Shown one piece after another: positions 26,260-38,274 of a DNA stretch of 64,000 nucleotides (positions are counted from its first letter, which is position 1; every line of letters begins with the position of its first letter). This stretch comes from Macrostomum lignano (taxonomy: Eukaryota). The stretch is taken from positions 37,308 through 101,307 of the forward strand of contig NIVC01003372.1 in the NCBI GenBank assembly GCA_002269645.1, given 5' to 3'. The notes under the pieces were generated by a model, which searched no databases, was not told the origin of the DNA, and saw only the letters and a program-made list of their open reading frames with translations. The translations under genes were made by a program, and so were the position numbers.

Positions 26260-27670
26260 GAGAGTCAGGCGGGTCTGGCGAGTCAGAGTAGTCAAAGCAG
26301 TTAGGGGAGTGAAAAGAGTCAGTGGAGTCAAGAATTTAAAGGAGTCAGCGGGGTCAGCGGAGTCAAGGGGGTCAGGGGAGTCAGGGAAGTCGGAGGGGTC
26401 AGGGGAGTCAGGGGAGTCAGGGGAGTCAGGGAAGTCAGGGGAGTAAGGGGAGTCAGGGAATCAAGGGGGTTAGGGAATCAGGGGAGTCAGGGGAGTCAGC
26501 GGAGTCAGGGGAGTCAGGGGAGTCAGGGGAGTCAGCAGAGTCAGGGGAGTCAGGGGAGTCAGGGGAGTCAAGGGACTCATGAGAGTCAGGGGAGTAAGTG
26601 TGGTCAGAGGAGTCAGGGTGGTCAGGGGAGTCAGGGTGGTCAGGGGAGTCAGGGTGGTCAGGGGAGTCAGGGTGGTCAGGGGAGTCAGGGTAGTCAGGGG
26701 AGTCAGAGTGGTCAGGGAGTCAGGGTGGTCAGGGTGGTCAGGGGAGTCAGCGTGGTCAGGGGAGTCAGGGTGGTCAGGGGATTCAGGGTGGTCAGGGGAG
26801 TCAGGGTGGTCAGGGGAGTCAGGGTGGTCAGGGTATTCAGGGTAGTCAGGGGAGTCAGGGTGGTCAGGGGAGTCAGGGTGGTCAGGGGAGTCAGGGTGGT
26901 CAGGGGAGTTAGGGTGGTCAGGGGAGTTAGGGTGGTCAGGGGAGTCAGGGTGGTCAGGGGAGTCAGGGTGGTCAGGGGAGTCAGGGTGGTCAGGGGAGTC
27001 AGGGTGGTCAGGGGAGTCAGGGTGGTCAGGGGAGTCAGGGTGGTCAGGGGAGTCAGGGTGTTCAGGGGAGTCAGGGTGGTCAGGGGAGTCAGGGTAGTCA
27101 GGGGAGTCAGAGTGGTCAGGGAGTCAGGGTGGTCAGGGTGGTCAGGGGAGTCAGCGTGGTCAGGGGAGTCAGGGTGGTCAGGGGAGTCAGGGAATAAGGG
27201 GAGTCAGCTTGGTCAGGGGAGTCAGGGTGGTCAGGGGATTCAGGGTGGTCAGGGGAGTCAGGGTGGTCAGGGGAGTCAGGGTGGTCAGGGTATTCAGGGT
27301 AGTCAGGGGAGTCAGGGTGGTCAGGGGAGTCAGGGTGGTCAGGGGAGTCAGGGTGGTCAGGGGATTTAGGGTGGTCAGGGGAGTTAGGGTGGTCAGGGGA
27401 GTCAGGGTGGTCAGGGGAGTCAGGGTGGTCAGGGGAGTCAGGGTGGTCAGGGGAGTCAGGGTGGTCAGGGGAGTCAGGGTAGTCAGGGGAGTCAGGGTGG
27501 TCAGGGGAGTCAGGGTGGTCAGGGGAGTCAGGGTGGTCAGGGGAGTTAGGGTGGTCAGGGGAGTCAGGGTGGTCAGGGGAGTCAGGGTGGTCAGGGGAGT
27601 CAGGGTGGTCAGGGGAGTCAGGGTGGTCAGGGGAGTCAGGGGAGTCAGGGGGTCAGGGGGTCAGAGGAGT
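26260..27670. repeat. G-rich minisatellite, 18-bp unit (gtcaggggagtcagggtg), preceded by a 10-bp gtcaggggag version
   Basis: Directly visible; ends immediately before the GPCR ORF. Confidence 0.95.
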
Positions 27671-27741
27671 CAATGAGGCTCAGGGTGTCCAGCTGTAATG
27701 AAAGTATATTGATTGTCCCACACCGCCGCAGCATCTTGGGG

Positions 27742-28127
27742 ATGAATGACTCCAGCCCGAACTCCAGCTCCATCAATAGCAGCAGTCCGTGGCTGCAGAC
27801 CTGCCCGGAGCTGGAGCCGCACTACGACTGGACCTTGAGCCGCCCGGAGCTGTTCTTCGCCTTCTACGCCGCCGTCTCGCTGGTGGCCATCGTCGGCAAC
27901 TCGGCGATTCTCGCTGTCACCCGCCGACGCCCGGAGGTGATTCAGCGGCGAACTTATCGACTGTTGACGCAGACTCTGTCCGCCTGTGAGCTGCTGCTGG
28001 CCGCTGACCTTATCGCGCTGCTGTTCCGGATGGGGGTGGGATTCTGGAACCGGACTGCGCCTCATCAGCAGCAGATGCTGATCAGCCAGGCGTGGAATAG
28101 CGAGGACGAGAATCCGTTCTATCGCAG
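27742..28127 (+). CDS. Class A (rhodopsin-like) GPCR, exon 1 (N-terminus, TM1, TM2); the ORF is open from an ATG at 27673
   Basis: N-glycosylation sequons (NDS, NSS), TM1 ending IVGN, hydrophobic TM2, and donor cgcAG|GTGAGA at 28128 (phase 2). Confidence 0.8.
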
Positions 28128-28960
28128 GTGAGATTGGGGAATTCCCTCTATCTGTCACAGGTGAGATTGGGGAATTCCCTCTATCTGTCACAGGTGAGAT
28201 TGGGGAATTCCCTCTATCTGTCACAGGTGAGATTGGGGAATTCCCTCTATCTGTCACAGGTGAGATTGGGGAATTCCCTCTATCTGTCACAGGTGAGATT
28301 GGGGAATTCCCTCTATCTGTCACAGGTGAGATTGGGGAATCCTGTCTTTCTGTCACTGGTGACATTTGGGAATCCCTTCTATCACAGGTGAGATTGGGGA
28401 ATCCCTTCTATCACAGGTGAGATTGGGGAATCCCTTCTATCACAGATGAGATTGGGGAATCCCTTCTTCCCAAGTCAGATTGGGGAATCTCCTCTATCAC
28501 TGATGAGATTTATCAGCTCTCACTCACTATGAATCACAGCAGAGATTGGGAGTAGAAATAGTACGAATGATATTCTAAGTATCGCAGGTGAGAGTCAGAG
28601 AATCGCAGGTGAGAGTCAGAGAATCGCAGGTGAGAGTCAAAAAATCGCAAGTGAGAGTCCGTGAATATCACAGGTGAGAGTCCGTGAGAATCGCAGGTGA
28701 GAGTCTGAGAATCAGAACAGAGATTTTTAGAATCGCAGGTGAGATTTTGAGAATTGCAGATGAGATTTTGAGAATCGCAGGTGAGATTCTGAGAATCACA
28801 GTTGAGAATCTTAGAATCACAGGTGAGAATCTTAGAATCGTAGGTGAGAGTCTGAGAATCACAGCTAAGATTTTTAGAATCGCAGGTGAGATCCTAACAA
28901 TCGCAGGTAGGATTCTGAGAATCACAGGTGGGATTCTGAGAATCGCAGGAGAGATAATAG
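28128..28960 (+). repeat. Two intronic minisatellites (33-bp gtgagattggggaattccctctatctgtcacag, then ~21-bp gagaatcgcaggtgagagtc); most units contain CAG|GTGAG
   Basis: The array starts exactly at the GPCR intron donor. Confidence 0.9.
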
Positions 28961-28993
28961 TCACACCCCGAACTTGGCCTCTTTCCACCTCAG

Positions 28994-29690
28994 AGGCATC
29001 ACCACCCGCAAGCTAATTCTCAGCATCCGGGATGTGTCCATCGGCTGCGAGGTGTTCGTCTACAGCCTGCTCGCTCTGGATCGTGTCTTGGCCATCGCCA
29101 AGCCTCTCAGCTCGACTTGGTCCACTCGCCTAGTGGGGCTCATAATTCTAATTGGCTTCGTCTCCATGGCAACAATTGAAGCGATCCTACAAGTCTGGCT
29201 AATAACCTCCGTAGCGGCGGCCGATGAGGCCAACGATGACGGCACCGTGTGCCATCTGCTGGTTCGAGTCGCTTCGAAAAGTTTGCTAGCAAAGTCCGGC
29301 GTTATGATCTGCTTCTACGTGCTCTCGTTGGCAGCATATTTCGCCACTGCCTGCCTGCTGCTGAAGTTGCGATGGAAACAAAACCGACGCATTGTGGTGG
29401 TTCAACCGCAGAAGCCGGCGACGCCCCAGCAACAGCTGGGCAAACCTCTGGCTGCTTTGATCCTGGGAAATCTGCTGCACTTTGTCAGCATCCTGCCCCT
29501 GGCTGTGCATAGCAGCGGCTTGGCCAGGGTGGACTGGGTCAGCTTCTACGCTTTCTTCTGCAACTGCGCTGTGATCCCCTGCTTGGCGATCGCCTTCAAC
29601 GGCTCCATGCGACTGCAGCTGCTGAGAATGATGAAGAATGCCGCGACCTTCTGCTGCAGGAAACAGGACCGAGACAGACAGCCGCTCTGA
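28994..29690 (+). CDS. Class A GPCR, exon 2 (TM3-TM7, helix 8)
   Basis: Acceptor ctttccacctcag| at 28993 gives AG+A = Arg, in frame. LALDRVLAIAKP is the DRY-equivalent; four further hydrophobic segments, ECL2 Cys (DGTVC), TM6 ILP and TM7 NCAVIP follow. Confidence 0.85.
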
Positions 29691-29784
29691 ACATATATTG
29701 TAGCATGTAATGCCTGCAGTAAAAAATTGGGGGATAACAACTGTTGTGAGGCCTTGAGAAATTTCTGTGGATCCTATATCTTGA

Positions 29785-30305
29785 CAGGTTGGGTCATAGA
29801 CAGGCTGGATCATAGACAGGATGGGTCATAGCCAGGCTGGGTCACAGACATGTTGGGTCAGAGACAGGTTGGGTCATAGATAGGTTGGGTCATAGACAGG
29901 TTGGGTCATAGACAGGTTGGGTCATAGACAGGTATGGTCAGAGACAGATAATTTGGTCATAGACAGTATGGGTCGTAGACAAGTTAAGTCAATGCGTCAT
30001 AGATAGGCTGGGTCACAGACGGGCTGTGTCATAGACAGGTTGGGTCATAAACAACTTGGTTGAAAAACAGGTTGGGTCATAAAATACTTGGTTTACAAAC
30101 AGGTTGGGTCATAGACAGCTTGAGTCATAGACAAGTTGGGTTATAGACAGGTTGGGTTATAGACAGGTTGGGTTATAGACAGGTTGGGTTATAGACAGGT
30201 TGGGTTATAGACAGGTTGGGTTATAGACAGGTTCGGTCATAGACAGGTTGGGTTATAGACAGGTTGGGTTATAGACAAGATTTAGTTCATAGACGAAATC
30301 AGACT
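29785..30305. repeat. Minisatellite, 16-bp unit (gacaggttgggt(c/t)ata)
   Basis: Directly visible. Confidence 0.9.
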
Positions 30306-30972
30306 GGTCATAATAAAAAAGCTGAGTCATAATATTATTGTCATACTACCAATTATAAACTGAAATTACTCGGAAATAGAGACGTCTCAATAGAATAATT
30401 TCAAACAAAATTTCTTTACAAATTTTTCCATACAGTTCGCGCAAACGTGAGTACTTCGAACTCAAAAAGTGCATCTATATTTCACCAAGACGAACCCACT
30501 AGATTTTATTTGAACGAGTTGGCGATTGCTGAAACAAATGCAAATTGAACTTGCATAACATTACACGCAATTCTATGGGAAAGCGCCTGTTTAGAGTATT
30601 TGCTCAGAAACTTTGCTCTAATCAGCCGAAGCTGGTAAAAAGCAACATCTGCAGCATCTGCAGTGTTTGCTCAGCTTTCTGTCCCACCAGCTTTGACTGA
30701 CAGACTCAAGGGTTTAGAAGTGTCTCCGTTAAGCGGATTTGTTAAAAAGATAGTCGAGTTGGATGCAGATGGATGTTCAATCGGGTAGCGTAGGAGATTC
30801 TATCTGTACTTCGGTCGGTTTCTTCAAATGATGAATATTTGGCTCGTGGCTGACAGGCCCTGTCCATGCATCCCTATTTTATAGGGGTTCAAAAGTTAAA
30901 GCAAGCGAGGACAGGGAAGGCAAAGAGAACAGAGGCAAGGACAACTAAAGCAGCGTGTATACCGGTATACAG

Positions 30973-31262
30973 GACGCGACATTCACGTTTCTTGGAAAAA
31001 GTTTTGAAGGCCACTTTTGATTCTACGTACATTTCCTGTACCTAAAAATCATTCAAATGCATGGCACAACTTCAGCAATATCAATAGAGCAATAATAAAG
31101 GCACAGCATATCAAAAATCAAAAGATAAACATTGGATCTGTCTTCTATCGAAAGCAATAACAATTTTTGTGCTGATAAAATGATAACTTCCTATCTCCGT
31201 AGTGTATTTTTCGGCGAAAAATGGCCTTCAAAACATTTTCCATAGATTTCGAGTGTCGCGTC
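30973..31262. mobile_element. MITE-like element, ~290 bp, with ~46-bp imperfect terminal inverted repeats
   Basis: Left gacgcgacattcacgtttcttggaaaaagttttgaaggccac versus reverse complement of right gacgcgacactcgaaatctatggaaaatgttttgaaggccat. No clear TSD. Confidence 0.55.
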
Positions 31263-31597
31263 ATTCTACTTTAGTAGTCCTTGGGCAGGGGGAGCGGAAG
31301 GGGGGTCGAGAGAGGAAAGAACTGGTGTGACTTTTGGGACTAAAGCAAGTGAGAGAACTGAAGGAAATTATTACAGGCTATTTGCTACGCAAAGAAGCTG
31401 TTCCAATCTTTCCGTATTGGTCGCTACTAATTAGTAATAGTTCGATAGAAATATGATTATACAAGCTAGTTAAAATACACTGCAGCATCAAAAGCTTTAT
31501 ACCCATGGATTTTATGGTTGGGGAACCAAACCAAGACATTCTACATGGCTAAATTTCTACATGTACATAATTTTGAGAATCGGTGTTGCAGGCACTC

Positions 31598-31872
31598 ATT
31601 GTGGCGCCACAGGCACTCATTTGGCGCCGCAGGCACTCATTTTAGCACCGCAGGCACTCAATTTGGCGCCGCAGGCACTCATTTTGGCGCCGCAGGCACT
31701 CATTTTAGCACCGCAGGCACTCAATTTGGCGCCGCAGGCACTCATTTTGGCGCCGCAGGCACTCAATTTGGCGCCGCAGGCACTCATTTTGGCGCCGCAG
31801 GCACTCATTTTAGCGCCGCAGGCACTCATTTTGGCGCCGCAAGCACTCATTTTAGCGCCGCAGGCACTCATT
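31598..31872. repeat. Minisatellite, 21-bp unit (ggcgccgcaggcactcatttt)
   Basis: About 13 copies. Confidence 0.95.
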
Positions 31873-32737
31873 TTTTTGGTGGCGACGCCACGCCCCTACA
31901 ACTAAGCTATCATGAGAAGCATTTATGATTTTATTCTAATTGATGACTCGAATAGTCGATAAGGTGCATGGATGCTGAAAATTTTTGGCCAAAGTGAAAT
32001 TAAGGCTACATGTACGTGAAAGCGCCCTAGCAGATTGCATAGTGTCCCAGTTTTTTCTCTTTATTCATTATTAAATTTTATATTTAAGACGATATCCCCA
32101 TGCAAATTCATTGTTACAATTGTAAAGAAAGCATGCATTGATGAGATGAAATAGTCCTGTCTAGTTGGGCCCACATATCCTAGATTCTACAATGACAAGA
32201 TAGGCCACTCAACACATTTGCGTGTAAGCTACTTTCAGGTTAGTAGTAAGTTAAACAGAATTAAGCTTGTTAATGTGTTTTTAAAGCCAAGGCTCATTTA
32301 TTGGCTCTTACCCTAGCTTCAACCCCGCAACCGGCGTACCTCTCATGACCCGCCCCAATTTTATTGCCTTTCTCTGTCTAAATTCCAGCCTAAAGCTGCA
32401 ATATATGTACATTTCAGTGGACTGGCCAATGTACATTATTGCTGAAACAATTGAGGCTTGTTCACACCGCCATCAAATGAGGCCAATTTTCGAGTGATCA
32501 CACAAAGTCAAAATTACAGCTGATTATTAACGAATTTTTGACAATCACCTCAGTTTTTCACGTCATCAACTGATTTTTTGCGAGTGATGGCAAGTATCAA
32601 CTGACTGATCTGATAGTGAGGAGAATGACTGGACTGGGGTTTACATGTATAAGAGGGTGATGAAGTTTTCCAATTAGTTGCGCGAGCAATACTTGTGCGC
32701 ACATAATGTACATTATCTTCAGCCTGAGCATGCTTGG

Positions 32738-32903
32738 GCGCAACCTAGGGATTCACCCGGCCGTTTCTATTGGCAACACAGACATAGAAGTCGCTATTGG
32801 ATGGAATAGTAGTCACGTGACTTGCTGCTCTCAGCCAATACCGACTTACATGTACATGTGTGTGTTGCCAATAGAAACGGCCGAGTGATTCCCAAGGTTG
32901 CGC
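32738..32903. mobile_element. Short palindromic MITE-like element (166 bp, ~43-bp arms)
   Basis: gcgcaacctagggattcacccggccgtttctattggcaacac pairs with gtgttgccaatagaaacggccgagtgattcccaaggttgcgc with 3 mismatches. Confidence 0.6.
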
Positions 32904-33973
32904 ATGTATCTGCCTGAGCATAAATCGTACATATATTTCTTTCAGCAGATTTGAGAAAACTATTTTGTGCTTTGGCCTTTGAATTCAATACCAGCTAGTG
33001 TACAGTCTGTATCAAAGTACAAAGGCCAGCGCTCTTATTGATATGATATGACTTTGTAGATGAAAAACAGCATTATCTTGTGATGTATTTAAGTAAGTAT
33101 TACAAAAGAACTAATTAGTAGTAATAGAATAATAGTAGTCAAGAAGCAAAAAACATATCAAAATTTATATTGGAATAAATTTCACATTAAATCTGTGATG
33201 CGGGGTTTAAAAAGGCGCCACGCGACGTGAGGCAATTAGTCGGAAATTAGCGCAGTATAATAAACTTGTGGGCCCAAATATGTTCATATTACAACACTTT
33301 ATGTAAAACTAATAACAAAAAATAGTCCCGGGATTCGAGACCCCAAATCCCGGGATTTCGGGATCCCGGGATTGCAATCCCTAATTTGGTCTCTCATTTG
33401 GTTGCAGTGTGAATGAGCCTAGTTGCAAGTTGTTTACGCCTGCAAGCTTGGGCTTCTAAAAACTTATCAAAAATCAAAACCTATCAAAACCAACTTTATT
33501 CTTAACTTTCTTCTTATTCTTTGCAACTAAACTGAAAGCAGAAAGCCGCTTTACAAAGTATATACTCAGCAACATTGAAAAGTCGCCACCCTTTGCCCTA
33601 GTGTCCACTGTACAGTGAGCAGTTGTTTTTCGACCAGCGTCTATCTATCATCTGGCCATTGGCAAAATATTTTGATATTAAAAGCTTGAAAAAAGCAATG
33701 AAAACCGGGCAGAAGCTTCAATCCATTCAATCTTCGCAAGTTGCGTCACTTAAAAGTCAATTATACTGTGAGGTAGAATTTACTGTGTACTCTCAAAAGT
33801 TGAGACTTTTTAATGTAGTTGAGATATACCTCGTATGTCTGAGTGTGAGTATCTGTAATTTGTTGGGCCAAAGAACCTAGGAGAACCTTCCTCAATACTC
33901 TGATTAACACTGGCGGAGAGGGGAGGGCCGAGGGGTATCGCTCTCACGCTGAGGCCTGAGGGTTGAACTGGAA

Positions 33974-35760
33974 CACCCGACGACAACCGGCTAGCCGGGC
34001 CAAAAGCTTACAAAATCATCGGGCTAACCGGCAGGAAAGCGCGCTCTCGAGCTCTCGCTTTTCCCGGCTAGACGGGCCCAAAGCGCGCTCCCATACAATC
34101 AAATGGGAGTGTATCAATTGAAAGCTTTCACGGGTGTTTAATAACAATTTGCAGTAGAAAAATCGACGTTTGTTAATATTAATTCGCTTGCATGTAATTT
34201 GAAAACAAAATTTACAGGAATGAGCTAAGGTTCCTGTGTTCAACGTTCAACAAAAGCTTTTAAGGCATATTTGTTGTGCTACTGTGCATTGCTGTGCTGG
34301 CCTATGCACTAGACTGAACAAGTGAAGGCTTCGTGTACAAGATAAATGAAAGGAGCTTTTCTTAAATTTCTTGTACATTATTATGTGATTGCTTGAGTAA
34401 TTTTTTTCTATAGTTTTAAAGCCTGTCACGTGTCAGTTAATTAATAATACAGGCATTTGAAATATAAATGTAGGTCTAATATTATGAGAAGTAACTTATA
34501 AGCTGCTTTTATTCAATTATAAAAAGGCTTCAATTCAATTAAATTCTATTATTTAGCTATAGCCCTATGTGTACGAAAGCCTATTGAGCACTAAGCCTAG
34601 GCCTAGCTTATTGACTTGGCCTTAATGAATAGATTTAGCTAACTTACTAGATAAGAGCCTTAAAATTTTGTTTTTTTATCTATCTACTTTAATCTTTATG
34701 TATACCAATAGGCCTTTGACTAAATAACAAACTATAAAACTAAGCCTACAATATTTTATATCAAATACCTGATGTTTGACTTATTTTCCTTTCCTTAGTT
34801 CCCCTCTCCCCTAACCTTGGATTTCCTCCCTCTAAACCTAGCTTCTCTCCCCTTACCCTGGCTTCCTTCCTCTGACCCTGGCTTCTCTCCCCCTGACCCT
34901 GGCTTCCCTCCCCTGACCCTGGCTTCTCTCCCCTGACCCTGGCTTCCCTCCCTTGACCCTGGCTTCCCTCCCTTGACCCTGGCTTCTCTCCCCTGACTCT
35001 GGCTTCTCCCCCTGACCCTGGCTTCCTTCCCCTGACCCTGTCTTCCCTCCCCTGACCCTGGCTTCCATCCCCTGACCCTGGCTTCTCTCCCTTACCCTGG
35101 CTTCCTTCCTCTGACCCTGGCTTCTCTCCCCTGACCCTGGCTTCCCTCCCCTGATCCTGGCTTCTCTCCCCTGACCCTGGCTTCTCTCTGCCTGGCCCTG
35201 GCTTTTCTCCTTACTGACCCCTGGCTTCTCTCCCCCTGACCCTGGCTTCCTTCCCCTGACCGTGGCTTCTCTCCCCCTGACCCCTGGCTTCCCTCCTCCT
35301 GACCCGTGGCTTCCCTCCCTCCTGACCCCTGGCTTCCCTCCTCCTGACCCGTGGCTTCCCTCCCTCCTGACCCCTGGCTTCCCTCCTCCTGACCCGTGGC
35401 TTCCCTCCCTCCTGACCCGTGGCTTCCCTCCCTCCTGACCTTATCTTCCTTACCCGTATCTTCTGCCCTGCTCTGCCCTCTTGCTCTGACGTCTGCTGTC
35501 TGCTCTACCTTGCTCCTTTGCCCCCTGCTCTTCTGTCCTCTGGTTTTCTGCCCCCTGCTCTGCCCCCGCTGCTTTGCTCCCTGCTGTCTGCTCTACCCTG
35601 CTTCTCCGCCCTCTGCTAAAGTATTAGTACCAAGCAGCACAGCCTTTTTAATAAAAAAATCAAATTTTTTTTGTCAATTTATTGAAAGCACATTCTTCCT
35701 TCAGAAAAAGCTACCGGTGAAGCCCAGCTGCTGTCCCATTGGCACCTTTGCTTTTGCCTC
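33974..35760 (+). repeat. Left terminal inverted repeat of the giant element
   Basis: Near-identical to the reverse complement of 56726-57402 and 53520-53706; weaker homology to 51240-51420, possibly extending to ~35980/51170. Confidence 0.8.
34845..35445 (-). repeat. G-rich (minus strand) ~21-23-bp tandem repeat inside the left TIR (ctgaccctggcttc(t/c)ctccc)
   Basis: Reverse complement of the 51540-53510 array. Confidence 0.9.
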
Positions 35761-38274
35761 TGGTGCGATTGGCCTAGCAACAAACAAGCAGCTGTTCACC
35801 CACAAAAGCTATCCAAGCGCGAGCTTTCTTACTATATATGTACACACTGAGCTGAAATTAGTTTGTACGTACCGCCACTATGAGTTCTGATACACTGACA
35901 TCTGGTGCAACCGTTACGGCCGGGTCTGCCGCTGGTTCCACTTAAGCAGCCGCCTCAAACATCGCTGCTGCAGCCGAAACTGAAGCTGGCTCCGCCAAAG
36001 CTATTTTTTAATTCTTTAATATATGTCGACAATTCTTTTAACATTTAGATCACCGAATTCTGTTAATACATGTTCAGATCTTGTAAAGCTCAACAAAAGC
36101 ACCCATTTGTCATCGCCCTTTTCCAATATTGCTACTCGCATTACTCCCTGTGCAATGGGAGCCACACTCGACGTTTTTGGTGTCGTGTTTTTAGGTTGTT
36201 TATGGGTGAATTTTCCATTTTTAAAAGCATTTTTCGAGTCAATGCAGTTTGTAACATCGGAGCTTCATATATTAAATTGCTGTGATTTCTGGGAGACATT
36301 TTTTCGAGACGATACTGCTCTGTGACAGGGCGGTGTTCAACGTGTGCCATTTTAATTCAATCCTTGATCACAAAGCTTGGAGCAAGTGCCACTAGACTTC
36401 AGTGTCAGGCTTTCAGTTTAAGCAAATAATCCAAAATAATTTTGGCTGTACCATTTTGGACAAACAATGACCAACCCTGTCGAAATCCTGTTGTTTTTAC
36501 AGGTTCTTATATATCTACAAGGAACTGACAGGTGTTTTTTGTTGTTACCGCCAGTTAATTTTTTAAACTACTGCTCTTCATGAAGACGCGTGCAAAAAAT
36601 ACAGATATAAACTTTCATGTTACATACAATTATGACCAGGAGCTTTCCGATTTTAGTTGGTCATATAATTTTGTCGAATACTTGGTTTTGTGTTTCTGGA
36701 GTTATTTCTTAAATAGCATGCGCTCCGCAAAATTTTGTTGATTTAGCTTTACACTCCAGAAGTAAATTTTTCTCAGTGAACTCACATTTTAGTTCGCTCT
36801 TAGTGGTGCAGCTTAAGCATGTTTCGAATGCTCCCAGCAAGCTGCCGAGAGTTCCTGCACTGGCAAGAAAGGACGCTGCCTTGGTGTAGGGCGCTGAAGT
36901 GAACAAAAGTGCGCTCGATCGTCAGCGGTGCACATTTGCTGCATGGGCATTCCGTTTTGTGCTGAGCGGTGACGTACGCTTTTTTGAGGGGTCTGCAGTC
37001 CAGGCGGCGTCATGAAGGAGGGAGTGGGTGCTCCTGCTTCTGAGAAGCCCTCAGAGTACTCTGGAGTGAGAGTTCTGCTTCTCACGTTCGATGTAGTTGA
37101 AAAGTCCCCGAATGCTAGAATATGCACTGTGCCCTTTGACAACCATTGTTATATAAGGTCTTGGTTGCAAGCTTGGTGCTCCTGAATATAGACCAGGAAA
37201 TGTCTGTTAATGGTGTCTTGGTAAAAGTGCTCAAGAGAGAAATCTTCATGCGATTCTGATGAGCGCTCACCAGCTGGTGGGCCATGGGTATTCCGGCTAT
37301 AGTGGTTGCATGGAGCAAACCTGAGGCAGGGGTCTAGCAAGGAAGACTCACTTATTGTGTATTAAAAATTTACGCATATTCATACATGTAGGGTCTAATT
37401 GGGCTTTCAGCAACGCAGGGGAAGCGGCAAAATAAGGGCGGGGGCTCGCAGCAGTCTACTGATTCAGTCGGACTGCTAGTCTGGGGAGCTGTCAAAACAG
37501 CCGATGCGCGGTGCACCAGCTGCCGATGCTGCTTCAACCGCCTACCAACCTGTTCGCGCTGCCAGGAGCGAACTACAAATTAAGTTTTTCCGCTAGATCC
37601 AAGTCATGTGACGAAACCCGGGGGCTGCCTGAGAATATCTGTGTAAACCTCCGGGCTCTAGCGCTGAAAATTACCAGCCGCCATGCATGCCTCACAAGCA
37701 CTTTTCCACCTCTGGATGCTGTTTTGTAGCTGACGTTGCGGTCAAGTTTCAATTATCTCGACAGCGCGGGCCCGGGTTTTTGTTTGTTTGCCGAAGGGCG
37801 TGGCCGCCTCTGCAGTCACCTGTGCAGGAGTACACCCGAAAAACTCGACACTACTAGAAATGGCACGTACATGTAACACTCTAATGGACTCTATGCGAGG
37901 AGGCATACAAGGGATCGGTTTACTTGTAGTCAGTGCTGGAAATGAGGAATGTAAAGACTTTAGCATAAGGGGGATCTTTAGTTGGTGGGCGACTCTATAG
38001 GAAATGAAGGGGTTCCCGGCGGGGACCGGTGGTTCGGCCTCTCGGGAAAACAATAATAAAACAAAGCAACACGCGTTCAAAAACGGGTTCCTTTTTATAA
38101 TTCTCTGAGACACGCGATCACGTGAGCGTGTGATGTGTGACATTGAAGGCCGTGACCTGTCCTTGACCTCCGGTACCAAGCAATCCTGATGAACCCTCCT
38201 GGTGAACTTATCGCAGGTGCCTGCATGGTACGTGAGGAAATAAGGCGAGGCGAAGGCGACCTATGGTAAGATAT

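Noticed and set aside
34016-34429. Twin ORFs (34016-34429 minus and 56947-57360 plus) as duplicated genes
   Set aside because: They are short chance ORFs within the AT-rich TIR; their identity only reflects the inverted repeat.
37190-37300. HQNRMKISL as a P-element transposase motif (compare FQKMKVKLA)
   Set aside because: The resemblance is too short, and no flanking P-transposase or THAP motifs were found, so it is not used as evidence for the giant element's class.
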